The notes: generated by a model not told the origin, from the letters alone. A stretch of DNA of 15,148 bases from Candidatus Methylomirabilia bacterium (GCA_041492755.1 JBGPXN010000104.1:1-15148), one strand, 5' to 3'. Positions 8,761 through 15,148 are shown, counted from the stretch's first letter. Program-made: numbers and translations.

Positions 8761-8790
8761 CTATCCCTAGCATGCTAGTATCCTAGCTAA
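8761..8790 (+). promoter_or_regulatory. Candidate RHH operator overlapping extended -10 (TGcTAGTAT)
   Basis: CTAG at 8767, 8775 and 8783 (8-bp period). Perfect palindrome CTAGCATGCTAG at 8767-8778. TG-C-TAGTAT at 8773-8781. Confidence 0.6.
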
Positions 8791-8826
8791 GCCCCGCCGA
8801 AGAGGCGGGCCGACGGCGCCGGGAGA

Positions 8827-9224
8827 GTGGCGATCAGCAACGGTACCAGCGCTTGGATCACCGTGCTCCTCCGGCTTCCCGTCTTCTACAACCCGGATGC
8901 TGCCGGCCATCGCGCGTCGGTTGAGGACGACCGTTTCTGGACACGGCAGACGAACTCGCCCGCCGCTCCGGCGGCGGCACGCTCTTCATCTTCCGGCATG
9001 ACCCTCCGCGGGGGTTCTGGTGGGATCAAGGCATTGTTGAAAGAGACCTGCTGGCACTGATCGAGGTGGACGTTCCCGACACGCCGGAGTCGCGCGAATG
9101 GCTGCGAGCCTACGCGCGTGACGTTCTGCGGGAACGGTTCCGGCAGAAGGCCATCTATCTGAAATTTGTTGGTCCCGTTGAGCGCCTGATCGTGAGTGAG
9201 GAGGAGGTTCGCCATGAAGACTGA
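8827..9224 (+). pseudogene. Frameshifted ~132-aa hypothetical alpha/beta protein (possibly ferredoxin-like/PII-like fold)
   Basis: The frame from GTG 8827 gives ...VLLRLPVFYNPDAAGHRASVEDDRF. Shifting -1 near 8934-8940 continues LDTADELARRSGGGTLFIFRHDPPRGFWWDQGIVERDLLALIEVDVPDTPESREWLRAYARDVLRERFRQKAIYLKFVGPVERLIVSEEEVRHED to TGA 9222-9224, which overlaps the next start. Confidence 0.7.
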
Positions 9225-9453
9225 AAGAGGCGCCACCAGGGCCAGCGTGCCGCGCCGGGGCGCCCGCGTCGGAGACAAGAGACTTTCGGAGCCCGTGACG
9301 CTCTTCGCTGCAATCGAAGCCGAGCAGCATCAAGCACTCCGCGCGATCGCCTTTGCGGAGCGTCGGTCTCTCGCCGATGTGGTGCGGGAGGCGCTGACTG
9401 GGTTCATCGCCCAGCATCCCGCGCCTCGACGGCCAGCCGCTGCGAGGCGGTAG
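9214..9453 (+). CDS. Ribbon-helix-helix (CopG/Arc/MetJ-like) DNA-binding protein
   Basis: Strong RBS GGAGGAGG before ATG 9214. 79 aa. Strand 'VTLFAAI', helix 'AEQHQALRAIAFAE', turn 'RRS', helix 'LADVVREALTGFI', with a basic N-terminal tail. Confidence 0.8.
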   Translation: MKTERGATRASVPRRGARVGDKRLSEPVTLFAAIEAEQHQALRAIAFAERRSLADVVREALTGFIAQHPAPRRPAAARR

Positions 9454-9515
9454 CCACCGTATGCGCCAAAGCGCCGCCCGATGGGCCACCCAATATATCG
9501 CTGCGACGCGGCGCC

Positions 9516-11204
9516 TTACCCCCCGGACTTCTGCTTCCGGGCCGCGGTGGCGGGCACGGGAAACTCGTCGGGGTCGATCGGGATCTCGACGACCGCCGGC
9601 TTGTTGGACTTGAGCGCCGCGGTGACCGCGTCGCCCACCTGGTCGGGGTGGTCGACGTAGTAACCCTCGGCGCCGAAGAGACGCGCGAGCGCGTCGTAGC
9701 GCGGGTTGCCGATGTCGCAGCCGATGTAGCGCCCGCCGTAGAAATGCCGCTGGTACGCCTTTTCCGAGCCCCAGCAGTTGTTGTTCATCACGATCGTCGT
9801 CACGTTGATGCCGTGGCGCACGGCCGTCTCGAGCTCCTGCACGTTCATGAGGAACCCGCCGTCGCCGTGGATGGCGAGCACCGGCGCCTCCGGCCGGCCG
9901 AGCTTGGCGCCCAGCGCCTCCGGAAATGCGAAACCCAGACCGCCGAGATCGAGCGGGGTCACGAACGTGCGCGGCTGCGTGAAGTGCAGGCGGTCGTAGC
10001 CGTACGCGGGCGCGGCGCCCGCGTCGAGGGTGACGATGGTGTCCGGGGGCAGCGCGCGGCGTAGCTCCGCGTACACGCGCTGGGGCTTCATCGGCTTGGT
10101 GTCCAGCTTCGCCTCCGCGGCGAGCCGCGCCTGCCGCTGGGTCCGCAGCGTCTCGGCTTCCTGCCGCCACGCCGCGCGCGCGGCCGCGCCGGTGTCGTGG
10201 CCGAGCGCCTCCAGCAGCGCCGCGCAGGCCTCGCGGGCGTCGGCCTGGATCCCGACCGCGACCGGGTAGTAGCGGCCGATGTCACGGCTCTCGACGTCGA
10301 TCTGGACGATCGCCGTCTCGGGCCTGACGTAGCGCTCGTCGAACAGGCTCGTGAAGTTGCCGAGCCGCGAGCCGACGACCAGCAGGAGGTCGGCGCGCCG
10401 GCACGCGGTCGCGGCCTCCGGAGAGCCGGCGCGGCCGAGCGGACCGACGTAGAGCGGATGGGTGTTGGGCACGGCGTCGTTGCGTCCGTACGCGGTGATG
10501 AGGGGGATCGCGCCCTGCTCGCTCAGGCGCAGCACGAGATCGCTGGCGCCCGCGCGCGTGACGCCGCCACCGGCGAGCAGCAGCGGCCGCTCGGCCTGCC
10601 GCAGCAGGCGCGCGGCTTGGCGGATGGCGTCCGGGTGCGGCGGCGGCGCGTGCGTCACGCGATAGCGCTCCGGCGGCAGCGGCGCCAGGCGCACCACCTG
10701 CTCGTTGAGGACGTCACGCGGGATCTCCACCAGCACGGGTCCCCGGCGGCCGGTCATGGCGGCGCGCAGCGCCGACCGGAGCAGCTCCGGAATGCGGTCG
10801 GGCCGCGTGATCTGGAGCGCGAGCTTGGTCACGGGCCGGAACATGGCCACGAGGTCGTATTCCTGAAACGCGTCCTTCTGCTGGTGCTCGAGCGGAACGC
10901 CGCCGACCAGGACCACGACGGGCGAGTGGGCGACGTGCGCCGCGGCGACCCCCGTGAGCAGATTCGTGGCGCCGGGACCACTGGTCACCAGGCAGACCCC
11001 GGGCACGTCCGTCACGCGTGCCAGGCCGTCGGCCATGAAGGCGGCCGCCTGTTCGTGCCGCACGTTGATGTACTCGACGCTGTGGTCGTCGTAGAGCGCG
11101 TCCAGGACGTCGAGGAAGGTCGAGCCGACGATCCCGAAGATGTAGCGCACGTGCTCGGCCTTGAGCAGCTCGACGACCGCCTGGCCGCCCGTCATCTCAC
11201 GCAT
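9516..11204 (-). CDS. Thiamine-diphosphate-dependent enzyme, acetolactate synthase superfamily, Xsc-like
   Basis: AGGAGG RBS before ATG 11204. 'VRHEQAAAFMADG', 'TSGPGATN', ThDP motif GDGG...MNNN. 562 aa. Confidence 0.9.
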   Translation of the reverse strand: MREMTGGQAVVELLKAEHVRYIFGIVGSTFLDVLDALYDDHSVEYINVRHEQAAAFMADGLARVTDVPGVCLVTSGPGATNLLTGVAAAHVAHSPVVVLVGGVPLEHQQKDAFQEYDLVAMFRPVTKLALQITRPDRIPELLRSALRAAMTGRRGPVLVEIPRDVLNEQVVRLAPLPPERYRVTHAPPPHPDAIRQAARLLRQAERPLLLAGGGVTRAGASDLVLRLSEQGAIPLITAYGRNDAVPNTHPLYVGPLGRAGSPEAATACRRADLLLVVGSRLGNFTSLFDERYVRPETAIVQIDVESRDIGRYYPVAVGIQADAREACAALLEALGHDTGAAARAAWRQEAETLRTQRQARLAAEAKLDTKPMKPQRVYAELRRALPPDTIVTLDAGAAPAYGYDRLHFTQPRTFVTPLDLGGLGFAFPEALGAKLGRPEAPVLAIHGDGGFLMNVQELETAVRHGINVTTIVMNNNCWGSEKAYQRHFYGGRYIGCDIGNPRYDALARLFGAEGYYVDHPDQVGDAVTAALKSNKPAVVEIPIDPDEFPVPATAARKQKSGG

Positions 11205-11230
11205 GCCGATCCTCCTGTGGTGCCCAGAGG

Positions 11231-11238
11231 AATATAAT
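11231..11238. promoter_or_regulatory. Bidirectional -10 region (TATAAT on +, TATATT on -)
   Basis: Consensus TATAAT at 11233-11238 in the 100-bp gap between the divergent ThDP and LLM genes. Confidence 0.5.
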
Positions 11239-11304
11239 GCCTCGCGCGTCGATCTGCCCGGCTCACCAACGGCCCCGCGCAGCCGTGCGGACAAGGAGGC
11301 TCGC

Positions 11305-12201
11305 GTGCTCATCGGCTGCCATCTACCGACCACGCTCGCGCCCGCGGCGACGAAGGAAGGTCTGGTCAGGTTCGCGCAGGAAGCGGAACGGCGTGACATC
11401 GCGTCGCTGTGGGTGAGTGATCACGTCGTCATCCCCCGGGTAACGAGCGGCCATCGAAGCGGCGGCGCGTTTCCGCATCCGCCCGACCGCCCGTATCTCG
11501 AGCCGGTGACCGCGCTGACCGCCGCCGCGCTCTGCACGACGCGGCCGCGACTCGGCTCCTCCGTCTTCATCCTCGGGCATCGCCACCCGGTCTTGATGGC
11601 GAAGATGCTGGCCAGCATCGACGCCCTGTCCGACGGACGGCTCATCGTCGGCGTGGGCGTGGGGTGGTGGAAGGAGGAGTTGGAGGTCCTGGGCGTGCCG
11701 TTCGCGGCCCGGGGACGCCACGCCGACGAGGCGCTGCGAATCTTCAAAGAGCTGTGGACGTCGGAGAACCCCGTGTTCGAGGGCGAGTTCTTCCGGTTCC
11801 GCGACATTGGCTTCGAGCCGAAACCGGTGCAGAAGCCTCACCCGCCGATCTGGGTGGGGGGTGCGAGCTCGGGCGCCTTCCGTCGTGTCGCCGCGCTGGG
11901 CGACGGCTGGCACGCCAACGCCCGGACGCCGGCCCAGTTTCGCGAGGGTCTCGCGCAGCTCTGGGCGGCCGCCGACGCCGTCGGCCGTCCGCACGGGACG
12001 ATCGAGCTTTCGTTACGCTACGGGTTGCCCGACGACGTGCTCACCCAGGGCGCGCAGTCCGTCATCGACGACCTCGCGGGATTCAAGCGCCTCGGGGTTC
12101 GCCACGTGCTGATCGAGTTCCGGCGGACCGATCTGGCTCGCATGCTGGAGCTGCTGGACGTCGTGGCGGGAACGATACGGCCCGCCGTCGACGGCGCCTG
12201 A
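11305..12201 (+). CDS. LLM-class (probably F420-dependent) oxidoreductase
   Basis: AAGGAGG RBS before GTG 11305. 'SLWVSDHVVIP', 'AKMLASIDALSDGRLIVGVGVGW', 'PKPVQKPHPPIWVGG', 'LGDGW'. 298 aa. Confidence 0.9.
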   Translation: MLIGCHLPTTLAPAATKEGLVRFAQEAERRDIASLWVSDHVVIPRVTSGHRSGGAFPHPPDRPYLEPVTALTAAALCTTRPRLGSSVFILGHRHPVLMAKMLASIDALSDGRLIVGVGVGWWKEELEVLGVPFAARGRHADEALRIFKELWTSENPVFEGEFFRFRDIGFEPKPVQKPHPPIWVGGASSGAFRRVAALGDGWHANARTPAQFREGLAQLWAAADAVGRPHGTIELSLRYGLPDDVLTQGAQSVIDDLAGFKRLGVRHVLIEFRRTDLARMLELLDVVAGTIRPAVDGA

Positions 12202-12228
12202 ACGGGCTGCGCCGAGCCATTCGACGCG

Positions 12229-12329
12229 TTCGAGCGCCGGCTTCGCCGGCGCCACCCGATCTGGGGGAGGTCTCGGAGGGGCCATCGAGGCTCCCTCCGA
12301 TGGGGATGGGGGGCAAGGCCCCCTCCGAG
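12229..12329 (+). repeat. ~100-bp GC-rich palindromic (REP/MITE-like) element, copy A
   Basis: Aligns by hand to the reverse complement of 13111-13213 with 10 mismatches and 2 one-base gaps. Contains hairpins GCGCCGGC-TTC-GCCGGCGC and TCGGAGGG...CCCTCCGA. Confidence 0.9.
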
Positions 12330-12344
12330 GACAAGGAGGCGACA

Positions 12345-13109
12345 ATGCGGTTTCGCGACAGAGTGGCGCTGATCACGGCAGGGGCGAGCGGCATCGGTCG
12401 GGCGACGGCGGACATCATCGGCAGCGAAGGCGGGACTGTCGTCGCCGTGGATACCGATCAAATCAAACTCGACGCGCTGGTGGAGGGCATTCAGAAGGCC
12501 GGTGGCCGGGCCGAGGGGCGGCGGGCCGATGCGCTCGACCCCGCGCAGGTGGACGACGTCGTCGGCACCGCCCTCCGCGCGTACGGCCGCATCGACATCC
12601 TCGTCAACGCCGTCGGCGGGAGCACGATCATTCCGCGCCCCGCGGCCTCCGTGGAGGAGCTGACGCTCGGTGAGTGGCAGAAGCTGATCGCGTTCAACCT
12701 CGATGCGACGTTCCTCTACTCGCACGCGATCGCGCCGATCATGAAGCGCCAGCACTCGGGCAAGATCATCAACATCTCGTCGGTGGCGGGGCGGGGCATC
12801 AGTCCGAGTAGCAGCAGCGCCTATGCGGCGGCCAAGGGCGGCATCATCGCCTTCACCCGCAAGCTCGCGCACGAGCTCGGCCCGTTCGGCATCAACGTGA
12901 ACGCCATCGCGCCCAGCGTCACCCTCACCGAGCGCATCCGCCCGCACTGGGAGCGGCGGACCCCGGAACAGCAGGCGTTCGAGCTCGCGCGCACCCCGCT
13001 GCGCCGGATCGCCGAGCCCGCCGACCAGGCCCGCGTGATCTGCTTTCTCGCCTCCCGCGACGCCGACTTCGTCACCGGCATCACCATCGACGTGACGGGC
13101 GGAGTCTAA
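12345..13109 (+). CDS. Short-chain dehydrogenase/reductase (FabG-like SDR)
   Basis: AAGGAGG RBS before ATG 12345. TAGASGIG cofactor loop, 'IDILVNAVG', 'NISS', YAAAK catalytic motif, 'GINVNAIAP'. 254 aa. Confidence 0.92.
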   Translation: MRFRDRVALITAGASGIGRATADIIGSEGGTVVAVDTDQIKLDALVEGIQKAGGRAEGRRADALDPAQVDDVVGTALRAYGRIDILVNAVGGSTIIPRPAASVEELTLGEWQKLIAFNLDATFLYSHAIAPIMKRQHSGKIINISSVAGRGISPSSSSAYAAAKGGIIAFTRKLAHELGPFGINVNAIAPSVTLTERIRPHWERRTPEQQAFELARTPLRRIAEPADQARVICFLASRDADFVTGITIDVTGGV

Positions 13110-13110
13110 T

Positions 13111-13213
13111 CTCGGAGGGGGGCTTTGCCCCCCATCTTCATCGGAGGGGGCCTCGACGGCCCCCTCCGGGACCTCCCCCAGAACGGATGGCGCGGGCGGA
13201 GCCGGCGCTCGAA
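13111..13213 (-). repeat. ~100-bp GC-rich palindromic (REP/MITE-like) element, copy B (inverted relative to A)
   Basis: Starts 2 bp after the SDR stop. Perfect stem CGGAGGGGGCC-TCGAC-GGCCCCCTCCG and GGGGGGC-TTT-GCCCCCC. Confidence 0.9.
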
Positions 13214-13315
13214 TGCAGCAATCCCATGCGCGCTCGGATGGAGGTGTGGTCAGAAGCGGGTGGTGCTGTAGGTTCCGATACCCGCGCATCGGCCGTCAAC
13301 TCAGGGAGGCGCCGC

Positions 13316-13447
13316 ATCATCTTCACCGGTACGCCCGAGGGTGTGATCTGCGGCTACCCGAAGGAAAATCAGGTATGGCTGAAGGCGGGGGACCGCCTGA
13401 CGTCGACGATCGAGAAACTCGGCGAGCTGCAGTTCAGCCTGGCCTGA
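13316..13447 (+). pseudogene. C-terminal remnant of a fumarylacetoacetate hydrolase family gene
   Basis: IIFTGTPEGVICGYPKENQVWLKAGDRLTSTIEKLGELQFSLA* matches the FAH C-terminal TGTPxGV...L(K)xGD...IExLG pattern. The in-frame upstream sequence is unrelated. Confidence 0.85.
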
Positions 13448-13498
13448 GGCGACAGGCGCGCAGCGGGGCTCAGGTCCAGCCGCGCGCCGCGCCCGCCT

Positions 13499-13534
13499 GA
13501 AACGAAACCGCCGGCCGGTTCGTCCGGCCGGCGG
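13499..13534 (-). terminator. Intrinsic terminator for the beta-propeller gene (possibly bidirectional)
   Basis: Perfect 11-bp stem CCGCCGGCCGG / CCGGCCGGCGG (13508-13534) followed by TTTCGTTTC on the minus strand, between convergent genes. Confidence 0.7.
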
Positions 13535-13554
13535 GGTTCACGAAGGCCTGGTGG

Positions 13555-14616
13555 TCAGGCGCACGCGACCGTGTACACGTCGGCGACGCCGTCGGGCAGC
13601 GCTTCTTCCCTCCAGCTCCGCCCACCGTCCTGAGTGCCGAAGACCTGCCCGTGTCGGGAGACGCAATAGACCTGATTGGGGTCCTTGGGATGCAGCGCGA
13701 CCGCCATCATGGTGCTGTTGGCCTTGATGCCGTGATCGAAGCGCGTCCACGTGCGGCCGACGTCGCTGCTGCGGTAGACCGAGCCATCCTCGCTGCGCGC
13801 AGCCGGGCTGAGGCAGGCGTAGAACACGCTCGGGTCTTGCGGGGACACCCGGATGTCGCGGCCGTACGTCAGCGGGGAGAAACGGCCGATCTCCATGTCC
13901 CGCCAGCTCGTGGCCTGGTCCGTGCTCTCGAAGAGGCCCATGCGCACGGCAAGGAAGACCGTGGCGGGGCGCGCGGCGCTGACGCACAGCGCGTGGGCAT
14001 CGAGCATGCCCTCGTTCTCGGTGTCGCTCTGAATGCGACTCTTGAGGTGCGGTCGCTGGGCGAGGTTGAGCAAATCGGCGGAGCAGTCGGTCCAGTGCTC
14101 GCCCCCATCCAGGCTGCGCATGACGCCACCGACCTCGAGGGCGGCGTAGATCTCGTCCGGCCGCGCGGGATCGGCCGCGAGCCGCATCACGCGGCACGCG
14201 AACGCCATCTTCACGGCGGGCGGCAGGCTCGAGTTCGGGAGCCGGCGCCAGGTGTCGCCACCGTCGTCGCTACGGTACACGGCAACCGGCGACGCGCCCG
14301 CGTAGAGAATGCGCGAGTTCTTTGGATGGACGAGGATCGACCAGATCTCGCCGCCGTCCTTGGGGAAGCCGAGGCGTTCCCACCGCATCCCGCCGTCGGT
14401 GGTGCGGTAGGGGCCATCCTGCGTGCCGATGTAGACGACGTCCGGGTTGTCCGGGTGGATCGTGATCGCCCGGACCTCGGTCCGTTCGGGCAACCCCTTG
14501 TCGAGGGCTTCCCAGCCCCCATTGCCGACTGCGCGCCGGAAGACGCCTCCGACCCCACCGGTCATCCACGGCGCGGCTCCGACGTAGACATACGTTCCGT
14601 TGGACTGATTGGCCAT
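13555..14616 (-). CDS. BNR/Asp-box repeat beta-propeller protein (WD40/YVTN/Ycf48-like)
   Basis: AGGGGGA RBS before ATG 14616. Six Asp-box-like motifs (RTTDGGMRW, RSDDGGDTW, RSLDGGEHW, ESTDQATSW, RSSDVGRTW, GTQDGGRSW). No signal peptide. 353 aa. Confidence 0.88.
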   Translation of the reverse strand: MANQSNGTYVYVGAAPWMTGGVGGVFRRAVGNGGWEALDKGLPERTEVRAITIHPDNPDVVYIGTQDGPYRTTDGGMRWERLGFPKDGGEIWSILVHPKNSRILYAGASPVAVYRSDDGGDTWRRLPNSSLPPAVKMAFACRVMRLAADPARPDEIYAALEVGGVMRSLDGGEHWTDCSADLLNLAQRPHLKSRIQSDTENEGMLDAHALCVSAARPATVFLAVRMGLFESTDQATSWRDMEIGRFSPLTYGRDIRVSPQDPSVFYACLSPAARSEDGSVYRSSDVGRTWTRFDHGIKANSTMMAVALHPKDPNQVYCVSRHGQVFGTQDGGRSWREEALPDGVADVYTVACA

Positions 14617-14669
14617 GACGGTTTCCCCCTTCACGGCCGGCCGCTGACGCCCGAGCCGGCGGTGTACGG

Positions 14670-14700
14670 AGAATGAACGCCCTTTCGGCTGTTCCGTCAA
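14670..14700 (-). promoter_or_regulatory. Candidate promoter TTGACG-N19-CATTCT for the beta-propeller gene
   Basis: Near-consensus -35. The spacer contains the imperfect dyad GAAC-AGCC-GAAA-GGGC-GTTC. Confidence 0.35.
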
Positions 14701-14803
14701 GTGCGGGGGGGGCTGGGGCACGCTCAATGGTTGGAGCGAGTCTTGGGTGTGCGGCAAGCGATACAGTTGACGTGGCGCTCTACGCTGATGGACAGTGAGC
14801 GCG

Positions 14804-15148
14804 GTGAGTGCTGACGCGGTCGAACGTCTTGGCGAAACGCTCCACGCCTTCATGGCCGAAATCCGCGGCCATTTTCAGGCGATCGACCGGCGCTTCGATG
14901 CCATCGATCAGCGCTTCGAAGTCGTGGATCGGCGGTTCGAGGCCATGGGTCGGCGCTTCGACGCCATGGACGAGCGCATCGGCGCCCTGGACCAGCACGT
15001 CGCCGCCCTGGACGAGCGCATTGGGATCATGGCCGAGCGCATCGGCGCCCTGGACCAGCACGTCGCCGCCCTGGACGAGCGCATTGGGATCATGGCCGAG
15101 CGCATCGGCGCCCTGGACCAGCACGTCGCCGCCCTGGACGAGCGCATC
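14804..15148 (+). CDS. Heptad-repeat coiled-coil protein, 3' partial (not in the ORF track because it has no stop in the window)
   Basis: MSADAVERLGETLHAFMAEIRGHFQAIDRRFDAIDQRFEVVDRRFEAMGRRFDAMDERIGALDQHVAALDERIGIMAERIGALDQHVAALDERI... Start is GTG 14795/14804 or ATG 14852; the in-frame upstream stop is at 14786. Confidence 0.8.
   Translation, partial: MSADAVERLGETLHAFMAEIRGHFQAIDRRFDAIDQRFEVVDRRFEAMGRRFDAMDERIGALDQHVAALDERIGIMAERIGALDQHVAALDERIGIMAERIGALDQHVAALDERI
14971..15148 (+). repeat. 63-bp tandem repeat, ~2.8 copies, built from 21-bp subunits
   Basis: Units 14971-15033 and 15034-15096 are identical. The third unit (15097-15148) is identical except its last base and is cut by the window end. 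Confidence 0.95.

Noticed and set aside
8886..9278. 130-aa minus-strand ORF as the gene occupying the islet
   Set aside because: No RBS or motifs. The plus-strand frameshifted reading is more protein-like and is coupled to the RHH gene.
9488..9505. GCAGCGATATATTG (minus strand) resembles a T-DNA border/oriT core
   Set aside because: The TATCCTG nick core is interrupted, and there is no relaxase or second border. More likely a stray -10-like AT patch.
11289..12340. Identical 12-mer GGACAAGGAGGC before both the LLM and SDR genes (CsrA-like ACAAGGA)
   Set aside because: Mostly explained by the Shine-Dalgarno sequence. rid also has CAAGGAGGC, and there are no additional GGA hairpins.
13187..13315. 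N-terminal half of the 86-aa ORF 13187-13447 as a real protein
   Set aside because: It begins inside repeat copy B and has no FAH similarity before 13316. It is a chance open frame.
14788..14814. 8-codon uORF (MDSERGEC) overlapping the coiled-coil gene start
   Set aside because: No RBS and too short to support from sequence alone.
14971..15148. Possible CRISPR array
   Set aside because: The units are contiguous with no unique spacers, their length is a multiple of 21, and they encode heptads in frame. No cas genes are present.

Overview
High-GC (roughly 70% by eye) bacterial chromosomal segment. The gene content (orphan family-5 ABC substrate-binding protein, LLM F420-type oxidoreductase, D-aminoacylase-like amidohydrolase) and the GC-rich palindromic repeats suggest Candidatus Rokubacteria/Methylomirabilota, which is inference only. 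It is mostly a string of catabolic or accessory genes: alpha/beta hydrolase, SnoaL-like cyclase, class III cyclase-STAND ATPase with no C-terminal TPR sensor, Tat-signal nicotinamidase, small membrane peptide, amidohydrolase, Rid protein coupled to an ABC SBP, Xsc-like ThDP enzyme, LLM oxidoreductase, SDR, FAH remnant, BNR beta-propeller, and a partial heptad-repeat coiled-coil gene. Two structures stand out that the ORF track does not show. (1) A two-gene islet at 8760-9453: a frameshifted ~132-aa alpha/beta protein followed by a ribbon-helix-helix gene, behind an 8-bp-periodic CTAG operator that overlaps an extended -10. This has the architecture of an autoregulated toxin-antitoxin-like module. 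(2) Two ~100-bp, ~88% identical palindromic repeats in inverted orientation that closely bracket the SDR gene. Several decay scars are also visible (FAH deletion, orphaned promoter+RBS, shortened STAND).
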